The notes beneath the pieces are model-generated. The model was not told where the DNA came from, did no database searches, and saw only the letters and a program-made list of their open reading frames with translations. From Candidatus Methanoxibalbensis ujae (lineage in GTDB: Archaea > Halobacteriota > Syntropharchaeia > Alkanophagales > Methanospirareceae), in assembly GCA_026134085.1 (NCBI GenBank), contig JAOQIN010000012.1:1-42754 (forward strand): a DNA stretch of 42,754 bases, read 5' to 3'. Shown here one piece after another: positions 31,430 through 40,587 of this stretch. How positions within the stretch are numbered: the stretch's first letter is position 1; each line of letters begins with the position of its first letter. The translations under genes were made by a program, and so were the position numbers.

Positions 31430-31941
31430 TCATATAACCTCTATTCCTCCTATTTTATATTTAACTACGTATATTGCAAGAAAAACACCGATGAAGAAAT
31501 ACGAAATCCATTCATCTCGAAGCAATCGGGCATAACAGCTCATCTGAAGTTGCTTGGGTTTATCCCCGATTTTTATTTCAATCTTTTTTCCATCTCTGAA
31601 ATCACCTCCCCGAGAAATAGTCTTAACAGAGTTTCGCAAAAAGTTTTCTTCTAGTTCACGAGCTGACAATATCCAATAGCGGTGATTATTAAAACCACAC
31701 TTCGCCAGTAGAAACCACAATCCACACAAGATGATTCCAACAATAGGCATCCCTAGAACACCTTTAAACAATTCGATGTGCTCATGGTTAAGCTGGTTGT
31801 TGCAAGGATAATGCTGTTGGCCACTATTAGGGTATTAAACTTTGACCATAGCAATTCACCTTCATATATCCATAGACTTACAGCTACCTGGTAACCAATT
31901 CTTGCATTATCTATTTCTGGCTGATTTACAGACTCTTTCAT
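31430..31941 (-). pseudogene. Cassette-borne small membrane protein (about 3 TM), split by one frameshift near 31755-31770
   Basis: ORFs 31753-31941 and 31430-31771 join into one ~170 aa protein: YQVAVSLWIYEGELLWSKFNTLIVANSIILA..GIILCGLWF..YWILSARELE..YFFIGVFLAIYVV. Confidence 0.7.
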
Positions 31942-31980
31942 TTTACCTTTCCCATATTCTTATTCTCTTCATGCGATGTC

Positions 31981-32065
31981 GCCTAACGTTCTGCGGGTAT
32001 CTAAAGTCGCCGAAGGCGATTTGGGTGAGGGCTGAAAGCCCGAACCAGATACCCGCTTGTTGTGC
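31981..32065 (-). other. attC-like recombination site 2 (85 bp)
   Basis: GCCTAAC ... GTTGTGC cores; perfect inner arms GCGGGTATCT/AGATACCCGC; two sub-hairpins in the loop; lies 12 bp after the stop of 32078-33010. Confidence 0.85.
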
Positions 32066-32077
32066 GACGTGCCTATA

Positions 32078-33010
32078 CTACCGTTCCCTCCATTCATTGT
32101 CTATTAAAGTTTGGTTTAAGTATTCTTTTTTACGAATTATTTTTCTAAAAGGTGCTAAAGTAAAAGCGTTTCCCAACGCTATTTTCTTATATAATAAGTA
32201 CACAAGTGAACCTATAGGAAAAAATAAATGTGATGTCTGAATACTATCAAAACTCTTTGCCACAAAAATTCCATATATTTCTTTATTTTTGTATTTATTT
32301 TTTGCATCTTCAATATATTGGTTAAGTTTTCTTCTGTCCTCTGCGCTTGGAACAAAATCATGAGAATTTTTGCAGTCATAAACCAGTATAATGTCCTCGT
32401 CAAGCTCAATCTCACCATCTGGATATTCTCCAACAACTTTATGTCCAAACTGTGTAACTTTAAACCCCAATGCCTTAAATAACTCAGCAACTCTGTCTTC
32501 AAATTCTTCATTACCTAGATCTCTATCGATTAATTCCAAAAAGCGCACACCTACGTAATCTCTCCAACTCTTAGCAGGTTTTTCAGCTGTAATCAACTCC
32601 ATCCATTCTTGTGGCGGCTCTTCCCCCAAAATTTTTAAAATCTTTAATAAATCTTCACTTTTTATTGTTGAAAATAGTAGTAGTGAAGGTAACTGTTCTA
32701 AAAGTCTTTTACTGCTCGTCTCTGAAGCTTTAATAGGATCGAAATTGAAATAAGGTTGTCCGGTATTTCTATCATATTTCATCTTTTTAATTTTTAAATA
32801 TACAAATTTTTTATCTCTGTGATCTATATCCCTACCTTTTATCCTCTGTTTAATATAAACTCCCAAACCGGCTAAAGGACAATTTGAAGCTAAAGTCTTC
32901 CACTCCGGCAGGTCAGTATATCGTCTTTTGGGATACGGAGCTTCTTTTGAAGTCTCCCAGTAATCCGGACTCCATGCTGTGCAGAGGATTATTACTCTGT
33001 CTTTATCCAT
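32078..33010 (-). CDS. Cassette-borne Mrr-like PD-(D/E)xK restriction endonuclease with an uncharacterised N-terminal domain
   Basis: EEFEDRVAELFKALGFKV...YPDG...YDCK...LNQYI in the C-terminal half; RBS GGAGAGGGG. Confidence 0.75.
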   Translation of the reverse strand: MDKDRVIILCTAWSPDYWETSKEAPYPKRRYTDLPEWKTLASNCPLAGLGVYIKQRIKGRDIDHRDKKFVYLKIKKMKYDRNTGQPYFNFDPIKASETSSKRLLEQLPSLLLFSTIKSEDLLKILKILGEEPPQEWMELITAEKPAKSWRDYVGVRFLELIDRDLGNEEFEDRVAELFKALGFKVTQFGHKVVGEYPDGEIELDEDIILVYDCKNSHDFVPSAEDRRKLNQYIEDAKNKYKNKEIYGIFVAKSFDSIQTSHLFFPIGSLVYLLYKKIALGNAFTLAPFRKIIRKKEYLNQTLIDNEWRER

Positions 33011-33042
33011 CTTAACACCCCTCTCCTATTTACTTGCATGTC

Positions 33043-33123
33043 GCCTAACGGTTTGGGCATATCCGAAGTTCCGAGCGAGGAATCTGGACAAGCAAAGAGA
33101 AGTCGGATATACACCTGTTAGGC
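33043..33123 (-). other. attC-like recombination site 1 (81 bp)
   Basis: GCCTAAC (33043-33049) and GTTAGGC (33117-33123) cores; inner arms ATATCCGA/TCGGATAT; same layout as the other two sites. Confidence 0.85.
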
Positions 33124-33191
33124 GTGGGCGATGATCCCGAAGTGAGCGAGAGCGAACGGAGAGTCGGGGGGTATGGCTTTTAGTTTTCATT

Positions 33192-34109
33192 TTAAACACA
33201 CTGCATCCTCCCATCGTGCAATATTTTCACGAATTGATTGTGGAGGATTTTAGTTCCCGGTGAAAGATAATATTCTGGCTTTGATATCACCTTACCTGGC
33301 TTATCAGATGCCTTTCCACAATTTTGAGGGTCAAAATATCCTCTTCCGGCTAAAAGTTCTATATCTCCTTTAAAGTTTATATTTTTATCATATTTCAAAT
33401 GGAAGACTATATGTTCATTCGACTTTATTTCTATTTTTTCAGGATTTTTCCACTTAAAAGGAGCAAGATTTGAAGATTCTACTCTGTTAATCGAATCAAG
33501 CAAAACATGCCCAAAGCCATACTTTGATTCTCCACCAAGAATAAGTTCTTGAATTATGTTAAAGTTTTCAATAAAGATTCCCTTATCATTTATAATAACC
33601 TTTTTATCCTCTATTTTTGCATTTTCCTTGATCCAAATGCATCCTGCGATTTTCACATCCTTTAAATCTCCAGTTTCATCCTTAAATCTGTTATTTATGA
33701 ATTCAATTTCATGCAAGCTTTCATCTTTCGCAGTTCCATTGCTGTCTATCGCTGTTGAAATAAGACTTCCTATGAATCTACGCTCAAATTCTGATTTAGT
33801 TATTTCTTCCTTATTATTTCCGTATTTAAGTCCTTCATCTGTATAACGAGGAAAATATATCGTTCTTCCATCATAAAGATAGAAATATGATAATCTAAAA
33901 TTCTCTATAACTTGCCTGCCTATTCTCTTGTAATCGTCTGCCTTAGGTTTTTCGCATAAATACTCTGTTACCCTCTTTGTTATAGCACCCCACAGGTTTC
34001 TTCCGGGAACATAATAGCGAGTGGGTGAAACAACAGAACCTTTGAAAGGTATATATCCTATATGGAGAGGGCTTTTCAACTTAAATACAACATCAACTTT
34101 TTTCCACAT
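33192..34109 (-). CDS. cmr3: Type III-C RAMP, Cmr3/Cas5-group subunit
   Basis: FKLKSPLHIG, YVPGRNLWGA, STAID..TAKDESLHEIE and G-rich loop LGGESKYGFG; last gene of the operon. Confidence 0.7.
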   Translation of the reverse strand: MWKKVDVVFKLKSPLHIGYIPFKGSVVSPTRYYVPGRNLWGAITKRVTEYLCEKPKADDYKRIGRQVIENFRLSYFYLYDGRTIYFPRYTDEGLKYGNNKEEITKSEFERRFIGSLISTAIDSNGTAKDESLHEIEFINNRFKDETGDLKDVKIAGCIWIKENAKIEDKKVIINDKGIFIENFNIIQELILGGESKYGFGHVLLDSINRVESSNLAPFKWKNPEKIEIKSNEHIVFHLKYDKNINFKGDIELLAGRGYFDPQNCGKASDKPGKVISKPEYYLSPGTKILHNQFVKILHDGRMQCV

Positions 34110-34110
34110 C

Positions 34111-34476
34111 TTATTCACCTATTTTTGTGTGATATAGTGCATAGATTAATGTGCGTTCAAGGAGCTTCTTCACAAACAGTAATTTATCTATATCCTGGGC
34201 AATTTCCCTTAACTTCTCACAAAACTTACTGAAATCCTCAGGAAAATCACTCGAATTAGTCAGAAGATATTTTCTTATCTCTGATTCATTTAACAATCTA
34301 ATAAGAATTTTTCTTATGTTCTTCCCTTCCTTGCTTTCAAGCCAGAGAAACATTGCATAAACGCCATCTTCCTGTAAAACTCCAAGAGCCTTTCTTAGAT
34401 TATTTTCAAGATTGGAATCACTGATTTTACTTATCTCCTGAGCGTACTTTATACATTCGTAATCAAGATTGAGCAT
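34111..34476 (-). CDS. cmr5: Type III small subunit Cmr5 (Cas11)
   Basis: Small helical protein KALGVLQEDGVYAMFLWL..KLLERTLIYALYH located between two RAMP genes. Confidence 0.8.
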   Translation of the reverse strand: MLNLDYECIKYAQEISKISDSNLENNLRKALGVLQEDGVYAMFLWLESKEGKNIRKILIRLLNESEIRKYLLTNSSDFPEDFSKFCEKLREIAQDIDKLLFVKKLLERTLIYALYHTKIGE

Positions 34477-35377
34477 TAGTTTCACCTCCTTGAGATTTTA
34501 CTTTTTGTTCTATAGCCAGCTCAATTCTACCAAAACCTCTTGTTCCCATCCCACCTATACCAAGAAGTTTAAAGTATGGTGAAACTGCATTTATTATTTT
34601 ATTAACATCTACGCTCCCATCTCTGTGCTTATCTACACCGATTTCAAATCCGAACACTGTTCCCCGTGGTATTGCTTCGTAGGTGAATAACTTTCCCGCT
34701 TCGGCTGTTCCTGTATCTGAATCTATTTTTACAGAGGTTCTTACTTCAAGATTGTCATTTACTATGTGAGAAAAGAGCTTCTCTGACACGAGAACAATTC
34801 TTTTCACCCATTTATCTATTTCTGAGGGCAGAACTACCTCTTTTCCGTTTTCAGCTTTCTCAACTTTAAGCAATAACCAGCTAAGATTTAGGGGTTTGTC
34901 AGTGTTTATCCCTTTAATTGCATATGCTTCATTGTCAATTTCATCCGGAATCGCTATTTTTTCTCCATTTTTATCTTTTATTTCCCCAAACCAGTACTCA
35001 ATCAGTTCTTTCGTTGTAATCCACACAGTCCCCTGAATTGACGAAACTGGAAAGAAAACTATCTGTCCATCGTAGAATCGCAAAATGCCTTTTTTTGTTT
35101 CGTCGCCAAAAACCAACTTAGCCTTCTCTTCCGCACATTTCTTTTTTTCTTCTTCGTTACTCTTACTTTTACATTCATTATCATTTTCCATCAGATATAC
35201 CGTATAAAACGCCCTTACAACACCTGCAATTGAAGTTCCCGGTACTTTCGGCACATCTGTCGCTGGGTCTCTCACAATCGTATTATCCACTCTTCCAAGT
35301 CTATACCCTCCGGCCCCTATATGTACTGGGTCGAGAGCTCTTGTATAAACCCTTTTTATTCCCGCATCTTCATTCAT
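34463..35377 (-). CDS. cmr4: Type III RAMP Cmr4 (Cas7-group target RNA nuclease)
   Basis: ALDPVHIGAG, GRVDNTIVRD (Asp at the catalytic position), PGTSIAG, LFTYEAIP and IGGMGTRGFG. Confidence 0.9.
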   Translation of the reverse strand: MNEDAGIKRVYTRALDPVHIGAGGYRLGRVDNTIVRDPATDVPKVPGTSIAGVVRAFYTVYLMENDNECKSKSNEEEKKKCAEEKAKLVFGDETKKGILRFYDGQIVFFPVSSIQGTVWITTKELIEYWFGEIKDKNGEKIAIPDEIDNEAYAIKGINTDKPLNLSWLLLKVEKAENGKEVVLPSEIDKWVKRIVLVSEKLFSHIVNDNLEVRTSVKIDSDTGTAEAGKLFTYEAIPRGTVFGFEIGVDKHRDGSVDVNKIINAVSPYFKLLGIGGMGTRGFGRIELAIEQKVKSQGGETNAQS

Positions 35378-38300
35378 ATTCATCAACCCCCTTAACTTTT
35401 ATTATATGTCCGAAAAGAATCATGGTATCAAGTAAAAGTCCATTAATGGCAGAACATACAAGGAAAGACTTAGTTTCGTCTCTTGGTCCATTCCATTTAC
35501 CGCCAAAAGCATCTTTTAAGGTAGCCTCTGCGAATTCTCTAAATATATTTTGTCTATTTTCATCTTCGACACTTCTCCATTCCCTTAATTTTGAAGTAAG
35601 CATTTCTTCAATGAAATTTATCTGTGAGCTTGGGAGATTTGACAATACATCCCACAACTCCAGTATTTCAGAAATTTGGTAGAAATAGTAAGGTCTCCCT
35701 GTAAATAGTTTGTAGTCCTCGCACCCTCTCCTTCCACCTTTATAATATATGCTGTATCTATCAGTCGTTCCTAAAAGCAAATCAAAGTCAAAATATCCCA
35801 GATAGAGGTAGAAGACTTTCCCTTTGGAGATAGAAGATAAATCATCAAGAGAGTATTTTCCGTCTTCTTCTATTGGTTTTGTCGGATAAAAACCATAGTA
35901 TTTGTCATTTCTCATTCCGTTCACGTTCCACCATGGGGTTATTGGCATCTGTTTTTTAAATCCCTCCCCTTCAAGCATTCTGTTTTCTGCATCGAGGAGA
36001 ATATAGAGCGGAAATTTCCTTTTTGCCACGAGTAGTTTAGCGTTCAATGGTAGTTTTCCCAACACTTTCTCAAACCTCTCATTGTAGAGTTTTGTAATCA
36101 ATTCTATAACTTTCATGGAATCCAAAGCTGGAACCATTAAGCGAAGTGATAGCGGAGATTTGTTGATTTCTATTAGGGGGTAGTATTCTTCTGTTTCTAT
36201 ACTATTCTCATCAGGTTTTAATTTCTCATCATAACTTAACTGTAATAAATTTTTATCTGGATCATCCTCCAGAGCAAGATGTTTGAATCCATGTTTTAAT
36301 GCCTCTTTAACAGCTTCTTCCCCTATTTTGTTGTTAAATTTGAATTTTCCAAGAGATTCTATTGTATAGAATTCTCCGTTCTCATTGTGAAAAACGAGGA
36401 GTTTTTGGGGTTCTAAATTATCTATTTGGATTATGTAAGGTGTACACTTCTCTATTCTCCTTCCCTGCTTTAGTTTGGATTTTAAGTCGGTATAATTCAC
36501 AGAAAACTTTATTCTTTTCCATTTGGTGCCATAAATCTTATCCTTTATCTTTTCAATTACTAGATCAAAGAATTCTTCTGTTTCTTGCCATATTCTGTAT
36601 AATCGGGCAGGAGACGGGTTTTGTGTAAAAAGATAAGTTGCTAGATTTTCTTTAGTTAAGCTACTAATTTCTATCCTCTCTTTGATGTTAGTTAAATGTT
36701 TTTCAAGAGTGTTTTTATCCAATCCAATGTTTTCCTCGAAAAATGTATCTAATATTTTTGCAGCAATTTCTCTATCATTATCTTTTACTTTGAAAAATAT
36801 GTCTAAAACTTTATAGATCATTCTCTTTTCAGGGATTAAAATAAATGTAAGTTGCTTTATTTTTTGCTCTAATTCTTTCTTTTCTTTGATCTTCTCGTTT
36901 ATTCTGGCTTTAACCTTGCTGGGATCTTTTGCTTTTTTCATATTCTCAATAGCCTTTTCTAAACTTTCAATCTGTTTTTTTATTTTTTCTTTTAATACAT
37001 CTTGTATTTTGGACAAATTCTCTTTTTCCTTATCCAACCAGTCCTCAAAGCTCTGCGAATAAATAGTTCCAATCATCGTTCCATCAAGCCACTTATCAAG
37101 ATAAAAATTCAGGGAAATCAGAGCGATTCTATTATTTTTATCTGCAGATTCGTCAATCCATATTGTATCTTGCCTGTTTGAAAGCCATTGCAATAGTCTT
37201 CCTTTTCTTCTTTCTTCACAAACATCACATCTTTCCTTTTTCGCATCCTTTGGCCTTATCCCGCAAATAGGACAGACATCTTGTCCTTCGGAAGGTGTGG
37301 CAATTTCAGGATTCTCAAAGGTCTCTACTTCCTTACCTTCAATAAACAGAGTTGGACTCATCTTTGGTATTTTTCTCTTTTCAGCTGCAAATTTTAATTC
37401 ATCAGCGATGATAGTAAGTGTCCCTGAGGCTTTGCTTAAGGTGAAAAACGGCCACAGTTCACTATCGCTTTCTTTATAAATTATTTTCAGCGCCTCTTTT
37501 GCACATTCTTTAGCAAGGTCTTTTGACTCATCAGCCAGATCGGGAAACGTGAAATAAATCCCATTTGTATCTTCATAAACTGCATCTCCTATGGGAATTT
37601 CATCCTCGAATTTCCTCTTTAATTTCTTTTTGATATTTTCAATAATCTCACTCCTTGCCTTAATTTCTGCAATCTTTCTTCCCTTGTTTATGAATTCTAC
37701 CCCATCCCAGCAGATACTAAATATACTCCATTTCAAATTATTAGGATCTGGAGATGCTCCACATATCATCTCCGCTAAAACGGTTTTAAACAGCGATGCT
37801 GTTGAATAGGAGTGATCCCACAGGGTGACATCGTTTGCGGGTATTCTCGTTTCTCCAAGGGTGTGAGAAAATACTGTTTTGAGGTTGTTTATTAGAGATT
37901 CTCTGAAACAACTTAAATCTATCGTTCCCGAGATGTAATTTTTAAATAATCCGATCAAGTTATCTTCTAAATCCTCAAACCTTTTTTGGAGGCAATTTAA
38001 ATCTATTTTCTCTTTTGGATATCCAAAAGGAGATGAGATAATTGTACTTTTTATAGACTGCTTTTTTCTCACTATTCCTTTATCGTCTGCGGAATCCTTT
38101 CGGTCACATCCTTGCAAAAATTTTACAATTTCATCATTTATGTTATAATTGTGATGTTCTGTAATAAGTTTGTAAACATCTGTAACTTTTCCATTTATTT
38201 TTATTTCAAGTTTGTTATGTTTAATAAATCTCACTAAATCGTATTTTAAAAAGCCATCGATTTTTGAGTGAGAAAATCTTTGGGGAATATTCTCAATAGA

Positions 38301-38414
38301 ATTCGTTCCAATAAAATGGGGGTGCAATTTTCCAATATCGTGAAGCAATGCTCCCATTTCTCCGGTTAATATCGCTTCTTTATTGTTTTTAATTTTATCT
38401 AGGCAGTTACTCAT
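35370..38414 (-). CDS. cas10: Type III-C large subunit Cas10 (Csx11-like): HD domain present, Palm GGDD absent
   Basis: LLHDIGK, ETRIPANDVTLWDHS, Zn finger CPIC..CDVC and SPARLYRIW; no GGDD in 1014 aa. Confidence 0.9.
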   Translation of the reverse strand: MSNCLDKIKNNKEAILTGEMGALLHDIGKLHPHFIGTNSIENIPQRFSHSKIDGFLKYDLVRFIKHNKLEIKINGKVTDVYKLITEHHNYNINDEIVKFLQGCDRKDSADDKGIVRKKQSIKSTIISSPFGYPKEKIDLNCLQKRFEDLEDNLIGLFKNYISGTIDLSCFRESLINNLKTVFSHTLGETRIPANDVTLWDHSYSTASLFKTVLAEMICGASPDPNNLKWSIFSICWDGVEFINKGRKIAEIKARSEIIENIKKKLKRKFEDEIPIGDAVYEDTNGIYFTFPDLADESKDLAKECAKEALKIIYKESDSELWPFFTLSKASGTLTIIADELKFAAEKRKIPKMSPTLFIEGKEVETFENPEIATPSEGQDVCPICGIRPKDAKKERCDVCEERRKGRLLQWLSNRQDTIWIDESADKNNRIALISLNFYLDKWLDGTMIGTIYSQSFEDWLDKEKENLSKIQDVLKEKIKKQIESLEKAIENMKKAKDPSKVKARINEKIKEKKELEQKIKQLTFILIPEKRMIYKVLDIFFKVKDNDREIAAKILDTFFEENIGLDKNTLEKHLTNIKERIEISSLTKENLATYLFTQNPSPARLYRIWQETEEFFDLVIEKIKDKIYGTKWKRIKFSVNYTDLKSKLKQGRRIEKCTPYIIQIDNLEPQKLLVFHNENGEFYTIESLGKFKFNNKIGEEAVKEALKHGFKHLALEDDPDKNLLQLSYDEKLKPDENSIETEEYYPLIEINKSPLSLRLMVPALDSMKVIELITKLYNERFEKVLGKLPLNAKLLVAKRKFPLYILLDAENRMLEGEGFKKQMPITPWWNVNGMRNDKYYGFYPTKPIEEDGKYSLDDLSSISKGKVFYLYLGYFDFDLLLGTTDRYSIYYKGGRRGCEDYKLFTGRPYYFYQISEILELWDVLSNLPSSQINFIEEMLTSKLREWRSVEDENRQNIFREFAEATLKDAFGGKWNGPRDETKSFLVCSAINGLLLDTMILFGHIIKVKGVDEYE

Positions 38415-38416
38415 CT

Positions 38417-39334
38417 TTACCCTCCAAATAACTTAATTAATTTATTCTTCAGTTCATCCAATCGAGAGAATGTTTCTTCTTTAATTTTCGTATTAGATTT
38501 TATCCAGAACTTTCCTTCATTCAGTTGTTCTTCAATTACTCCAAAGCCAGATGTTTTCTTTGCCGAGAATCCATAGATATAAAACATCAATTTCAAAGCT
38601 TTAGCAAGAAACATTAAATCCTCTTTAATCTGCTCTTCTTTGAAATCCTTTCCTTTTGGATATGGAACATAGAGAAGGTAAAACTCTCCTTTACTTCCGG
38701 GTTTCACAACTTCAATAGGTATTGGGCTTCTACCTTTTACGGGAGTTCTTGTATCTCTCCTCAAGGGTGTTATTACATCTTTTTCTGCATCGCTTTTAAA
38801 GAAAGTTGGGAAGAAGTAAAGCCTCCCCTTCAGTGCCACATCTTCTCCGGATTCCGAGCCGAAGAGCCTTTTGATAATCTTTTTCTTCTTTTCTTCATCG
38901 TATTCAACCTTTTCAGCAGAAAATCTCAAATGTCCTTTCCATGTTGATGGTCTTACCATCGGAAGTCCAGTGAATTTATCTCTGACAATTGGGTTTTCAA
39001 AGATTCTACCATTGAGAATGTGAAATTCTCCTTCATCTTTGCTTAGATATGGTTTTTTGAGAGTAAAGGAGATTTTTATGAGCACAGAATTTTCAGAGAA
39101 GGTTTGTAAATCCACTGACTTGGGATAAAAGTCATTAATATACTTTTCTTTTGAAAGAATCATATCTTTCTTTTTCCTCCCTACAATTTCTTCTTGTTGC
39201 CAAATAATGCGTTTCTCTCCTACACTTTTTCCTTTTAGTCTTCTCTTGTTTTCTCTTTCCCACTCCTCGAACGAGCTAATCTTGTCTTCATCCACTGGTT
39301 CTAATAAAAGTTTTAGATAATAATCGTGCATCAT
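38417..39334 (-). CDS. cmr6: Type III-C RAMP Cmr6-like subunit
   Basis: ENPIVRDKFTGLPMVRPSTWKGHLR, KGRLYFFPTFF and GFSAKKTSGFG. Confidence 0.75.
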   Translation of the reverse strand: MMHDYYLKLLLEPVDEDKISSFEEWERENKRRLKGKSVGEKRIIWQQEEIVGRKKKDMILSKEKYINDFYPKSVDLQTFSENSVLIKISFTLKKPYLSKDEGEFHILNGRIFENPIVRDKFTGLPMVRPSTWKGHLRFSAEKVEYDEEKKKKIIKRLFGSESGEDVALKGRLYFFPTFFKSDAEKDVITPLRRDTRTPVKGRSPIPIEVVKPGSKGEFYLLYVPYPKGKDFKEEQIKEDLMFLAKALKLMFYIYGFSAKKTSGFGVIEEQLNEGKFWIKSNTKIKEETFSRLDELKNKLIKLFGG

Positions 39335-40410
39335 CTTACTACCCCCAAGATCTCTTTACCCGTTTTTTCTTCTGTTAAAGTGCAACTTTCTAGGCTTTCT
39401 TTATATTCTTCTTTTGAAAACAACTTTTCTTTTAATTTATTTTCCAGTTCCTTCTTTATTTTATGTTTAATACTCTTTTCCACATCGTATCCCCAGACCC
39501 TTACTTCTACCGTTGTGTCGTCGACTTTATAACAGTGAGAGACAAAAATCTTTGAACCCTTTCCCAACTCGCCAAATATCTCATGCCGTTTATTTTTATC
39601 ATCCTCCACCTGTCTTATGGCGTCCCTTATATGAAATGCTATTGGAAGAAAATGGTAATCACTCCAGAGTTTTTTCCAGTTTTCCCAATTATCAATAAAA
39701 CCATAATGATCTGACTGATGTGTCCAAAAAACTTCTTTGTCGATCAAGTTAGATATACCCTTCTTGAATTTAATATGAAACTTGTAAAAGAAGAAGTTAG
39801 CCAAATTAGGTGAATTGATTTTGTTCCCTTTACCCTTTAATTCGGATTTTTTTGGATTTTCATCCTTATAGGGCAAATTGTTTTCAGCAATTTTAATCAC
39901 TCCACTGCCCTGTGATGTTTTTGCTCCTAAGGCACTGTAATCTGCTATTATTTGAAGTATTTTATTTAGTAAAGCCCACTCGTTTTGGGATATTTCTCTT
40001 AGAGGCATAAATTTTAGAATTATATCTCCATCAGCCATTAATCCTTCTACCTCTCGTATTAAGTATTTCTCTCTTTTTCTGATAACTCTCTTTTTTCTCG
40101 TTCCTATTTTAATTTTGAGATTTTTGGGAATAACTGCTAAATTAATAGATTCTATCTCCAGCCTGAACTTTCTTGCCCAACCCATACATCCAAATAATTC
40201 ACAAACATCACAATGATTTCCGTCTTTATCCGGACATCTGTTATCAGAAGTTGAGTCACATGCACTCCCACCTAATCCTCTAACCAAAGCTTCATACCAC
40301 CATCTCAAGCTTCCAAGCATCCCTGTTTCCCGTAATGTTTTGCATTCTCTATTCTCATCTCCTGTCCATATGGGAGTTAAGGGTTTAATCTTGACAATAA
40401 ATTCCCTCAT
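39331..40410 (-). CDS. cmr1: Type III RAMP Cmr1
   Basis: KPLTPIWTG, ETGMLGSLRWWYEALVRGLG, CDVCELFG and LGAKTSQGSG; ATG at 40410 after GGTGGTGA. Confidence 0.9.
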   Translation of the reverse strand: MREFIVKIKPLTPIWTGDENRECKTLRETGMLGSLRWWYEALVRGLGGSACDSTSDNRCPDKDGNHCDVCELFGCMGWARKFRLEIESINLAVIPKNLKIKIGTRKKRVIRKREKYLIREVEGLMADGDIILKFMPLREISQNEWALLNKILQIIADYSALGAKTSQGSGVIKIAENNLPYKDENPKKSELKGKGNKINSPNLANFFFYKFHIKFKKGISNLIDKEVFWTHQSDHYGFIDNWENWKKLWSDYHFLPIAFHIRDAIRQVEDDKNKRHEIFGELGKGSKIFVSHCYKVDDTTVEVRVWGYDVEKSIKHKIKKELENKLKEKLFSKEEYKESLESCTLTEEKTGKEILGVVR

Positions 40411-40444
40411 ATTATCACCACCATAGCCATACACCCCCGATTAC

Positions 40445-40545
40445 GCCTAACTCTGGATATCCGCAGTACTGCATATATCATTCCCTTTTGTATTATATCT
40501 GCAATGCGTATATCCTTCCAATATCCGCAATAGTGCGTATATACA
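40445..40545 (-). other. attI-like site: single GTTAGGC core plus three imperfect ATATCCGCA-n-TGCGTATAT repeats
   Basis: GCCTAAC on the + strand at 40445-40451 with no partner core; repeat units at 40457-40478, 40495-40513 and 40521-40542. Confidence 0.6.
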
Positions 40546-40587
40546 TCCCTCCGAATGAAACTCCTATCTCCTCGATTTTCCTTCCTT

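Noticed and set aside
33026..33214. 62-aa ORF between cmr3 and the nuclease
   Set aside because: It is a translation of the attC1 hairpin region
40457..40542. Mini CRISPR array next to cmr1
   Set aside because: Units are short, unequal, unrelated to the 30-bp repeat and separated by only 7-16 bp
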